DNA of 40,000 nt from contig JADQBA010000016.1 of assembly GCA_016903675.1 (NCBI GenBank), forward strand, positions 60,238-100,237. Reading direction: 5' to 3'. Source of the stretch: Stigonema ocellatum SAG 48.90 = DSM 106950 (GTDB lineage: Bacteria > Cyanobacteriota > Cyanobacteriia > Cyanobacteriales > Nostocaceae). Shown here piece by piece: positions 16,642 through 25,683 of the stretch. A program made the translations under genes and the position numbers. Each line of letters opens with the position of its first letter. Within the stretch, counting starts at the first letter, position 1. Below the pieces are notes generated by a model. That model was given only the letters and a program-made list of their open reading frames with translations, did not search any database and was not told the DNA's origin.

Positions 16642-17483
16642 GAAGTAGTTTAGGAAGCTTTATCAGGAATTTTTGGAGTGAAGTCAATACTTCTAACTTT
16701 GCAGCAAAGGATTTGCAGTCAGTTAATAATTTAATCAATGAGTTAAGTGGAATTGAACAAACATTATTAGAGGCTGATGTTGAAAGTATTTTGACCCAAA
16801 TTAGAGATACTGCTCAAAATTTAGGTGCTAGAGCAAAGAAGGCTCTAAACGATTTACATGATACTCTAAGTAGTGCATGGGAAAATTCCCGTCGTAATCC
16901 TCCTCTTCCAGAAGAAAGTCGAGTCACAGTTCCTGAGTTAGTGTCTCAGATAAACGACTCTAGAAAAGATAACCTTTTTGTGATTCAGTCCCATGACCCT
17001 AATGAACTACGCTCTTTTAGCCGCTGGCTTGGTAACGAAGCTTATGAACAGCGTAGGCGAACAGGGCAAATTAGTCCTTTAGTCAGTTTTATATTTGATG
17101 AAGCTGATGAATTTATTCCTCAAGACGCTTCAGGAACTTATAGAGATTCAACCGAAATTGCAATGACTTTAGCCCGTCGGGGACGAAAATTTGGTTTGGG
17201 AATTGGTATTGCAACACAAAGAATTACCTACCTTGATACCAGCATCATAGCTCAACCCCATACATATTTTGTTTCTAAACTACCACGCAAATCTGACCAA
17301 GACCGAATTCGTGACGCTTTTGGTTTGAGTGATGAAATGTTTCGTCAGACAGTAAAGTTTAAAAAAGGTGATTGGCTCTTGGTCAGTTATGATGCGACAG
17401 GTTTAGAAGCAGTGCCGTTGCCAATTCATACTCCAAACGCGAATGAGAGGCTGGCGAATTTTCTACAAACTTATTCCGATTAA
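16488..17483 (+). pseudogene. HerA/FtsK-type ATPase, C-terminal half only (no Walker A found)
   Basis: Walker B is FIFDEADEFIPQD, followed by ARRGRKFGLGIGIATQRITYLD and FVSKLPRKSDQDRI, typical of the HerA C-terminal half. The frame is closed by a TAG at 16464-16466. Neither other frame encodes a GxxGxGKS motif upstream. The ORF overlaps the NurA ORF by 154 nt. Confidence 0.55.
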
Positions 17484-17521
17484 TTTTGAATTCCAAGATG
17501 GAATATTTTTTGAAAAATCGA

Positions 17522-18541
17522 TTATGGATATCTAAGTTTAACACCACTACCACCATTGGGAGTTGGACAATCCCAGCGAAGGTCGCAAATAGCACAATCT
17601 TGTTCGCTAATAGCTCCGGGAACTGCTGGATACCATTGGTCATTGCAACGAGCTTGTTCAATCTGTACTACAGTCTGTGCAAACTCATTTACTGCATCAT
17701 CAATCTCATTGGGCGTGATGCTAACCTCCAGTAAAGCATTAACTGGGCGCTTAGAGGGACAAGTTGGACCATCAAGCTCATTAAGGAAATACAAAATAGC
17801 TTTTTGAGGTAAAACCCCATGTTTTAGCTCATAAAGTTTGGCATAAACCCGCATCTGGAATTCATAGTTTTCTAGGTCTTTTGGATTGACATTCAACAAA
17901 CTACTGCCTTTGTAATCCCACATTTCACAGTCGGCTGGGTTTCCTGCTGCGTCAGGTGCATCTACCAAAAGGTCAACAACACCATGAAGAATGTGAGTAT
18001 TGCGATCCGCTTGCAATCTATGTTCCGTATCTTTAACTCTTTTGTAAAGTGTTGGTCCTTCAAGGGCATTAAAATATTGAAGCAAACGTACAGCTTTGAG
18101 TCGAATATCTTGGGTTATTGCTCGAATTCCTTGGCTTTTTAAGCCATTTTCAACTTCAACAAAATACTTGACAATATCACTAGGAGGTATTGGCTTTGTT
18201 GATTTTGCTTTTTCTGCGTGTCTAAGCTCATCAAAGTAGTCAAGAATTTCTTCATCTTCTAAGATGTTGCAATTATCTGGCAGAGTACCCTTTGTTGAAG
18301 GGTCAATTTTTCCATGGAAATGGGTATGACAGCGATCTAAAACTTGGTGAAGAATAGTGCCAAAGTAAGCCTGGGTTTGATAAGCAGGTGCATATTTATG
18401 GACATTAAAAGCCCCATACTGACGAGCGCATCGTCTAAATGCGACTATATCTTGAGTAACGCTATAACGACGTTTTATATTTGGTGTTTTGGGTAAAGAG
18501 ATTGAAAAACCTTGAAAAGGTTTTCTTCTATTTGTGGTCAT
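17522..18541 (-). CDS. PD-(D/E)XK nuclease of the Cas4/AddB (RecB-like, Fe-S cluster) type
   Basis: 339-aa ORF. Motifs are GVVDLLVD...CEMWDYKGSS (D...ExK-type DYK motif) and QMRVYAKLY (QxxxY). One N-terminal Cys (FRRCARQYG) plus the C-terminal CAICDLRWDC (Cx2Cx5C) form the four-Cys signature. Confidence 0.75.
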   Translation of the reverse strand: MTTNRRKPFQGFSISLPKTPNIKRRYSVTQDIVAFRRCARQYGAFNVHKYAPAYQTQAYFGTILHQVLDRCHTHFHGKIDPSTKGTLPDNCNILEDEEILDYFDELRHAEKAKSTKPIPPSDIVKYFVEVENGLKSQGIRAITQDIRLKAVRLLQYFNALEGPTLYKRVKDTEHRLQADRNTHILHGVVDLLVDAPDAAGNPADCEMWDYKGSSLLNVNPKDLENYEFQMRVYAKLYELKHGVLPQKAILYFLNELDGPTCPSKRPVNALLEVSITPNEIDDAVNEFAQTVVQIEQARCNDQWYPAVPGAISEQDCAICDLRWDCPTPNGGSGVKLRYP

Positions 18542-18552
18542 AAATTTTTCCT

Positions 18553-20778
18553 TTATATCGTAATAGCGAACATATTCCGCTTAAATTCCACATGATTACG
18601 GTTGGGTACAGCAATATGATTTTTAATCTGGTCTTGCGTACCAATTAGAATCAAACCGTATTGTGCGCGTGAATAAGCTACATAAAGCAAACGAATGTCA
18701 TCTTCTATCGCTAAATCTTCTGGTTGTCTAGTATCTCTTTGATAAAGAGCTTGTCGAAATGGAGCTAAGGTTTGCTCAAGCATTTGTGCGGCTCCAACTT
18801 TCCCTTCTTGACCTTACTTTGTAACAACAAATACAAAAGGAAACTCTAAACCCTTTGATTGATGAATTGTCATAATGGGTAAATAGCCTTGAGGAACAAT
18901 GATTTCCTCATCTTCATCATCATCAATACCCGTCTCAATTAAGTAGCTGATAAACATGTTATAAAATTGATTGATAAAACTCTCATCAATGTCATTTCCA
19001 GCAGTATTAGCTCGTAAAACATCTAGGTTAAAACTGTTATAACCTTCAAAAAGACGAGTGACTTTAGAAAGACGTGAGTTTCTTACAGTATCTTGTTTCC
19101 ATGTCCGAAATGGTTCCCGCGAAAGAATACGATAGATGATTTCTAATAAGTTCAGATTCAGAAATCGACCTGGGTTATTTGGGCTTAGACTATTGGCACA
19201 TATTTGTGATAAAGCTGCATTACTATTGTTTAGGTAATCATCTAGTAAATTTGTAGGGACGTTAGGGTCATTTCTCACGCTATCGAGAGTATTGAACCAT
19301 TCCTGAACAGTGTCAATCCACTCCAGAGGTCTTCCCTGTGGGTCTATTTTCGATTGAAAAGTGTGATTTGGGTCAATCACTTGAACCAGTGCTGCTAGTA
19401 AACACTGAACTTCGTCACTCTCCATGAAAGATTTAGACCGAGGATTATAGATAGGAATCTCACGTTGCTGGAATGCTGTAATAAAGGGACCAGCATTTCG
19501 AGCCGAGTCTTTGGCACTTCGTAGCAGTAAAACGCACTGACTTAGATCGGAGATAATTTTATCACCTATCAAATGATTAATCGTAAATTCAGCAACTGCA
19601 TTAGCCAAGTCTCCTACTTTCTTTGTTTGAATCCAAGAAACAGCAGGATATGCTCCAGTAATAGATGAGGCAGCATTGACTGGTTTTTTACCTGGAGCAC
19701 GTACTCCTCGTGCTGTCATTTCTGGAAATGAAGTGATGTATTGGTTGAAAAATTTAACAATATCAGGATGAGAACGGTAGTTGTTATCAAGCTGAATTTG
19801 ATGAGGATATTTACTATACTTAGCCAGACAAGCTTCATCAAAATTCACCATACAGGTTACATTTCCTCCTCGGAAACGATATAAAGCTTGATCGTCATCG
19901 CCGACTACTGTGATATTGTGCGGTGGTTGATGGGCTAAAGCTAAGTAGATTTGCTCTTGAATTGGGTTAGTGTCTTGATATTCATCTACTAATACGTATA
20001 ACAAAGGAGGATTTTGGTCACTTCCCTGTAAAAACTGTTGACCTATAAGAGAGGTGATAAATTCAAGAAAACTAGCTTGGAGATGAGCGAAGTCGCAACG
20101 ATAGTTTTCCTTTAGAGCTTGAGCATACTGCTGATAAAACTTTGCTAAAGTTGCCCAGTGTCCACCAGCACTGAGCATTGCTTGTAAATTAACGTAGTCT
20201 TCTACAATGTGATTAAAAAGTGTGACTGCTGACTTGGCTCGCTTCCATTTATTAGGAGGATAGTTGGTGTTACGCCAATCGCGCACAGCATAATTAAAAT
20301 GTTGCCAGAAAGCTAAATCTTGAAATTTTGAAATATCAGCATAGCGGTAGGTAAATAAATCCTGTTCTACCTGATCCAGAAGGCGAACATTTTGATAGCT
20401 TGGATAGCGGTATTCTTGGAGAATATCATTACATAAACTATGTAGTGTTCCTATTCTGATATCAGCCAGATCAACATTTTTCAGGTTATGATCTGTATTT
20501 TGTAGTGCTACTAGGTAAGTCGCCAAGCGGTCTTCAAGGTTACGTGCTGCTTTAGCAGTAAAAGTAGTTAAGAGAATAGAGCGAGGTTGGACACCATTTA
20601 CACAAAGCAATTTCAAAGTTCGTGTTACTAGTACTTCGCTTTTGCCCGATCCTGGTCCCGCTAGAAGCCACAAGGGACCATTGCCATACTCCACAGCTTC
20701 TTTTTGCTTCTGATCAAGGTCGTAGCCACGTGCTGAAGGTTGAGCAAGACATATGTGGAAAGTGTTCAAATCAATCAT
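18553..20778 (-). pseudogene. UvrD/Rep-family SF1 helicase interrupted by a single in-frame TAA (18814-18816)
   Basis: The 654-aa ORF carries LAGPGSGKSEVLV (motif I), LVDEYQDTNPIQ (II), VGDDDQALYRFRGG (III), NYRSHPDIV (IV) and MTIHQSKGLEFPFVFV (V). It ends at the TAA. The 76-aa ORF 30 nt downstream is in the same frame and carries motif VI, RLLYVAYSRAQ. Confidence 0.75.
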
Positions 20779-20790
20779 TTCGTACCCTTA

Positions 20791-21045
20791 TTAGCTCTCC
20801 TCATTTTTTCTCCGACCCATATTTGAACGGGCTACCCTGCGTTGCTCAAGAAGTTCATCACGCAGTAAATTTTGCTGCTCAGGGTCTTGCCAATCCCTAA
20901 TCAATCGTTTTAGTGCCACGTTCACCATGTCTTGTAGGCTTGGGGCATCGCTAATTTGATGAGGAGCAAGTGATTGCTCGAACGAGTGTTTAATCCTGTG
21001 CAAGTCCGCATAAATTTCATTTGGAATCCGTGCTTGATAGGGCAA
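20791..21045 (-). CDS. Small hypothetical protein leading the UvrD-nuclease operon (possible DNA-binding regulator)
   Basis: 84-aa ORF, 12 nt upstream of the helicase start and divergent from the DGQHR gene. I recognise no firm motif. Confidence 0.45.
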   Translation of the reverse strand: MPYQARIPNEIYADLHRIKHSFEQSLAPHQISDAPSLQDMVNVALKRLIRDWQDPEQQNLLRDELLEQRRVARSNMGRRKNEES

Positions 21046-21162
21046 TTGTATTACCGCAGCTATATATCTGACCCCAGCATAAATACATACAACTAATTTC
21101 TGCTACCATGTATGCTTGTATGCAAGCTTATGCAAAAATGAAATTAACTTATAGGAGAAGTA

Positions 21163-22260
21163 ATGTTTGAACTTGTCATAAAAGGTGTTCCCGTACACCG
21201 TGGTCCTAAGCGCGAACATATTACTTATGTTGCAAGTACTACTTTTGGTGACATTGCTCGACTATTAAACGATGGTCACCTCTATATCCCCAACATCCCA
21301 GACTTGCCGGACTTTGCCCAACGTAAACTTAACCAGACACGAGTCAAGGCGATCGCCCGGTACATTCTGGAGACTTATCAGGATGGGACTACATTTTTCC
21401 CGCCAATTTGTGTTAATGCTCAACCATCACCAACTTACAAAGATGGTAGCCTCCATCTTCCTTACCAGTCACTTGGATTGCGCTTAACTGATGGTCAACA
21501 TAGATGTTTTGGGATTCGTCAAGCACTCCAAGATATCCAGACGCAACCGTCAGAGTATACCATCATCCTTTCACAATTAGAAATTGGCGTGTTAATATAT
21601 GCTGGACTGTCTTTAGAGGAGGAGCGTCAAGCTTTCCGCGACCAAAACCTGTTAGTCCAACGACCAAGCGTGTCGCTATCCCATGCTTTTGACAGGCGAT
21701 CGCCCACAGTTTTGATTGCCAAAAATTTACTAGAGCGAGTTCCTCATTTTCGCGATAATGTAGAAATGTTTGAAAGCGGATTGGGTCAACACAATCCCAA
21801 GTTGCTAACGCTTGCCACTTTGGTGACTGCAACCCAACATATGTTTTCACATTTGCAGTCAAAAGAGAATTTAGAGCCATTAGTTGATTGGGCAACGGCA
21901 TTTTGGACTGCAACAGCGAGTGTGTTACTCGATGAGCCTTGGACGATAAAAAGTAAAGAGGAACGTGCAGCTCAAAGACAGGATTCATTAGTAGTGAGCG
22001 CTCCTATATTTCAGGCATTGGGGATGTTGGCTCACGACTTATATCAAGAGGGTGTTCCAGCAGAAAATTTTGTCCAGTGGTTAAGCAGACTGCAAGAAAT
22101 AGACTGGCGGCGCTCTAATCAACTATGGCAAGAGCGAGGTATCACACAAGTTAGAAGTCAGGGAGAAGCAATTATTCCAAATACTAAGACAACTATTAGG
22201 GCTTGTCATAAGGTACTAAGAGAGTTGATTGGTGTTGCACCCGTTGGTGGTGTGATTTGA
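21163..22260 (+). CDS. DGQHR-domain protein (DndB/DpdB-like, ParB-fold)
   Basis: 365-aa ORF with the literal motif LRLTDGQHRCFGI. It is preceded by ataggagaag (SD-like) 4 nt upstream. Confidence 0.8.
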   Translation: MFELVIKGVPVHRGPKREHITYVASTTFGDIARLLNDGHLYIPNIPDLPDFAQRKLNQTRVKAIARYILETYQDGTTFFPPICVNAQPSPTYKDGSLHLPYQSLGLRLTDGQHRCFGIRQALQDIQTQPSEYTIILSQLEIGVLIYAGLSLEEERQAFRDQNLLVQRPSVSLSHAFDRRSPTVLIAKNLLERVPHFRDNVEMFESGLGQHNPKLLTLATLVTATQHMFSHLQSKENLEPLVDWATAFWTATASVLLDEPWTIKSKEERAAQRQDSLVVSAPIFQALGMLAHDLYQEGVPAENFVQWLSRLQEIDWRRSNQLWQERGITQVRSQGEAIIPNTKTTIRACHKVLRELIGVAPVGGVI

Positions 22261-23096
22261 GCAAATTCCAATCCTAAAACTTCTTGAAAGACATTGCGGT
22301 TACTAAACTTGCTGTCATAGCGCTCGTTCCACCACAACCAACCAGTAGAATCTGCCCAAACATTGTGCTTTTTGAGTACTTCTATACGGGTTAATGCCAG
22401 TCCTCCTAAGACAAACTCCGGTCGGCTCCAAGCCAATAGTTCATCCAACTCTTCTATAGACAAGCCAAATTTAAAGCCCGTGGTTCTAGTTTTATCAACT
22501 TTCAATAGCCCTCCCAGTGCAATGTACTCATAGCCAATGTCCCGATAAACACTAATCAAGGGAGCCAGGAAGCTTTTAGGTAATTCGTAATGTGGAGGAA
22601 AACAATCTAACTGGGGAACTACCTTTTGATGCCAATTGTAGATTGCATACCCAACTTGAACTACGCCAATCAAAGCATAGGTTCTTTGTTTATGCCAATA
22701 TTCTTCCCAAGTTAATCTGGCTAAATATAAAGACAGTAATGGCTCACCAAAAATGTCTTGCGTGAAAACAAAATCAGGACAAAATTGGTCACAACGTTCG
22801 AGATATTCTTTAACCTTCTGTCGTAAATGCTGTTCAGATGCCAAACGTAACTCACGCATCCACCGATGATTACGGTATTCACAATACTGTTGGTAGTACC
22901 AAGGGAAATCTTGATTTGTAAAAACACCACTGTCTATAAAAAAGGGCTTTTCCAAATCACGAATACTCTGAAGGAGCTTATTGTAACATGAAACAGGTGC
23001 AAGAACACCATAATTTCCTTCTATTTTTTTTAATCTTTTTAATAAACCTAACCAGTCCATAGAAAAAACTGGTAAAAATTTATTATTTAAATTCAT
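22206..23096 (-). CDS. Divergent TGT-fold (DpdA-like) protein lacking the Zn-binding motif
   Basis: 296-aa ORF. FFIDSGVF, YEYIALGGLL, FVLGGLALTRIE and WADSTGW parallel GDCGAFGY, YDYIAIGGLA, LFGVGRIE and SFDSAGP in the neighbouring 711-aa protein. No CxCxxC...H motif is present. Confidence 0.45.
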   Translation of the reverse strand: MNLNNKFLPVFSMDWLGLLKRLKKIEGNYGVLAPVSCYNKLLQSIRDLEKPFFIDSGVFTNQDFPWYYQQYCEYRNHRWMRELRLASEQHLRQKVKEYLERCDQFCPDFVFTQDIFGEPLLSLYLARLTWEEYWHKQRTYALIGVVQVGYAIYNWHQKVVPQLDCFPPHYELPKSFLAPLISVYRDIGYEYIALGGLLKVDKTRTTGFKFGLSIEELDELLAWSRPEFVLGGLALTRIEVLKKHNVWADSTGWLWWNERYDSKFSNRNVFQEVLGLEFAQITPPTGATPINSLSTL

Positions 23097-23165
23097 ATTT
23101 TTAATATTTAATTTCTTATTATAAGATTAACATTATTCTGGATGATAATCCTCTAAGTTTTCTGT

Positions 23166-25301
23166 TTAATTTTCACTATTTAGAAATTCTTGTAAACGAT
23201 TATAAAATATATAAGTATTGTGAAAACCACGTCTACGATTGCGGTCATTTCCTCTAAAAATAACTGCTTCTACCCCAATTTGTTCACAGATTTTACACTT
23301 ACATTCCTGCCAAGGTCTTGCTTCTAAAAGCTCTCTGTACATCTGAGTGTGTTGTCTTAAACGTCTGGCTTTAGCTGCTGGGTTGACCTTACCGTTGCGA
23401 GGTAATTCTAACAACTCGTCGAAAGCAAGCAGTTTATTGAGCGCATCATCTATCGATATTTTATCTTTATCATATTCTCGGATTGCGAAGAGTGCGTCTT
23501 GCTCAAGCAGCTTGAGAGTTTCACGCTCATAACCATTTTCCAATAAATGCTTAATTCGTTGTGAGTGCTTATCTACAAAAGGAATACGGACAGCAGCGTA
23601 ATTTTTCCCGCTCATAGTATGGTAGTTGTTTACTGCATCAAACCAAGCTTTACGCAACGGACCTGCAGAGTCAAAGCTAGTAACTCCCAAATGGCGGAAA
23701 TAAGGAATAGCTTCAATACGCCCCACCCCAAATAAATGTAGTCTTGTTGTGGGAGTCAAATGTGGATAAACCTCCTGTAGAACTTCTAAAATTTCTTTAG
23801 TTGGTGTTCTTGCTAGTCCACCTATAGCAATATAGTCGTACCCCATTTCAACCAGTGCTTTCACTGCATCAGCATATTTTTCTGGATTCCACCCTTGTGC
23901 AACACCTATAGGAGTAAATGTATACCCTCTGCTGTCATGTTTTCTGATAAATTCCTCTGCATTTCGCAAAGTAAGGTCATAGCGTTTCTCTCTTACTCCA
24001 GGTTGTGCAAAAGGTCCCACAATTAAGTGGTCAATACTGACTCCGTAATTGAAGCCCAGTTGCTCATAATAATCCAAAATTTCTACAGTATTATATGGAG
24101 GTTCTTCCTGTTTTATATATCCAAACGCTCCACAATCTCCCATGATTTTTCCTGGGAACCTAACAAAGTTGCGGATACCTCCTACTGCTTCTATGTCATT
24201 CTTTTTTGATTTTCTTTTATCAACAACTACTTTAGACACTAAAATTCCATGATAGTTCCGTTCTCCATATATTTCATGGGCATAGATATCGTCTGTATAT
24301 GCATTACGATTGGGACTAAATTTATCTTGTTCAAAGACATAGCCAGCATCTACTTTATCATCCCATTCTGGAATAAAGTATTGCATTTGTAAATGCTTAT
24401 TAACTGCTGGACGTAATTCCAGAAAGCGATGTAAATCTTCTTCTGTAGATTTTGGCTTACTTTTTGTTTGATTTTTAACTCTTGACTTTTTTTCTTTTGA
24501 AAATGAGATTCCTAAAGGTAAATATAATTGATTTGGTTGCTTATCTAAAACATCTTTTAGTATTTCTGGCTCTCTGTATAAATTTTGCAATAAATCAGAG
24601 TTCTCTCTCACTTCATTGGCAATCAGCTTGAGCAGATGTCCTTTTAATCCCACTAATGCACAGCTAAAACGTGATGCATCGGCATTGGAAAGAGTAAACA
24701 CTTCAGACTTAGCTTTGTCTGAATCTATATAATTTATGCTTTTATTTGAGGCGAAAAATATGAAAGTTTGGTTAGTATGAGTCTCAACAGGTAAGTTTAA
24801 AGCACGCAGGTATTTATCTCCAAGCAAGACAAACACCAAATCGTATCCAACAACTGCTTGTTTAAATGCCTCATGTATTCCGAGAAAATCTGCCCAAGAA
24901 CAAACCTCATTACTCTTCATCGAGTTGAATGTGACGGAGTAGGGAACGATAACTCTGTCTTCAGGGATTAACCCATACCCTGCTGAGATGATTTTCACAT
25001 CTACCACATATGATCCAAAGCGCTTACCGTCAGGTTGCCTCAGGCTGCGCAGGATATTTACACCCTCCATTGCCCGCATATGCTGTAAACCCGTGTACAT
25101 CTGAGCTGCTGGACAAGAAAACTCAGATAGTAATTGAGAGCGTTCGCTTAACTTCTTTGCGTCTTTAAAATCTTCGATTGTGAGCTGGTTTGTTGGCTTA
25201 AAGCGTTTTTCCCCTGTACAAGAGGTAATTACTAAAACGCGAGGCTGTTGCTTGATATGATTTAACGCAACAGCAGTTGTTGTTTCAAATAATTTAGTCA
25301 T
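23166..25301 (-). CDS. dpdA: Fusion protein: N-terminal domain of unknown function (about 330 aa) joined to a C-terminal DpdA-type guanine transglycosylase (TGT fold)
   Basis: 711-aa ORF. The C-terminal half has GDCGAFGY, DYIAIGGLA, HLFGVGR and SFDSAGP, plus the zinc motif CKCKICEQIG-(x)-FH (CxCx2Cx21H). The N-terminal half has VLVITSCTGEKRF, AAQMYTGLQHMRA, IISAGYGLIPEDRVIVPYSVTF and VFVLLGDKYLRAL. The ATG overlaps the queD stop by 8 nt. Confidence 0.65.
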   Translation of the reverse strand: MTKLFETTTAVALNHIKQQPRVLVITSCTGEKRFKPTNQLTIEDFKDAKKLSERSQLLSEFSCPAAQMYTGLQHMRAMEGVNILRSLRQPDGKRFGSYVVDVKIISAGYGLIPEDRVIVPYSVTFNSMKSNEVCSWADFLGIHEAFKQAVVGYDLVFVLLGDKYLRALNLPVETHTNQTFIFFASNKSINYIDSDKAKSEVFTLSNADASRFSCALVGLKGHLLKLIANEVRENSDLLQNLYREPEILKDVLDKQPNQLYLPLGISFSKEKKSRVKNQTKSKPKSTEEDLHRFLELRPAVNKHLQMQYFIPEWDDKVDAGYVFEQDKFSPNRNAYTDDIYAHEIYGERNYHGILVSKVVVDKRKSKKNDIEAVGGIRNFVRFPGKIMGDCGAFGYIKQEEPPYNTVEILDYYEQLGFNYGVSIDHLIVGPFAQPGVREKRYDLTLRNAEEFIRKHDSRGYTFTPIGVAQGWNPEKYADAVKALVEMGYDYIAIGGLARTPTKEILEVLQEVYPHLTPTTRLHLFGVGRIEAIPYFRHLGVTSFDSAGPLRKAWFDAVNNYHTMSGKNYAAVRIPFVDKHSQRIKHLLENGYERETLKLLEQDALFAIREYDKDKISIDDALNKLLAFDELLELPRNGKVNPAAKARRLRQHTQMYRELLEARPWQECKCKICEQIGVEAVIFRGNDRNRRRGFHNTYIFYNRLQEFLNSEN

Positions 25302-25683
25302 CTTCGTACTCTACCCAAGAATTAGGAGTTTCTGAAACCGCAACCTTCAGTTGTACATCAAGCGGCACCCGCTTCTTGGTTTCGTCATAAATATATTTAG
25401 CAATCATCTCAGATGTTGTTTCATATTCGGGAGGCATGACTTCGTTTAGGATGCAGTGGTCAAGTCCTCCCTTACTTACATCTTTCTTTGCCCAACGTAG
25501 AGTTCTGAAATCCGAGACCATCGCTGGATGCGGACAATACTCGGACAAATGCAGCGAATATGACGATGCCTCGATTCGCACTTTATAAGTGTGCCCGTGC
25601 ATTCTACCACAGGGTCCGTCGTAATCCTTAATATAATGAGCGCTATCAAACGTAAATTCTGTAACGAGTTTCCATTTGGGCAT
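25294..25683 (-). CDS. queD: 6-carboxy-5,6,7,8-tetrahydropterin synthase QueD (PTPS fold); start at 25683 preferred over the track start at 25743
   Basis: MPKWKLVTEFTFDSAHYIKDYDGPCGRMHGHTYKVRIEA carries the Cys and His-x-His catalytic and zinc signature of QueD/PTPS. Starting at 25683 gives 129 aa, a typical QueD size. Confidence 0.85.
   Translation of the reverse strand: MPKWKLVTEFTFDSAHYIKDYDGPCGRMHGHTYKVRIEASSYSLHLSEYCPHPAMVSDFRTLRWAKKDVSKGGLDHCILNEVMPPEYETTSEMIAKYIYDETKKRVPLDVQLKVAVSETPNSWVEYEDD

Noticed and set aside
17383-17807. Three overlapping ORFs (82-92 aa) around the HerA and nuclease gene ends
   Set aside because: They overlap the 3' parts of two motif-supported genes in other frames or on the other strand.
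20622-20900. 92-aa plus-strand ORF
   Set aside because: It is antisense across the UvrD start and the 84-aa gene, with no support.
21272-21988. ORFs of 71, 62 and 141 aa within or antisense to the DGQHR gene
   Set aside because: They are internal alternative-frame ORFs. The DGQHR frame carries the diagnostic motif.
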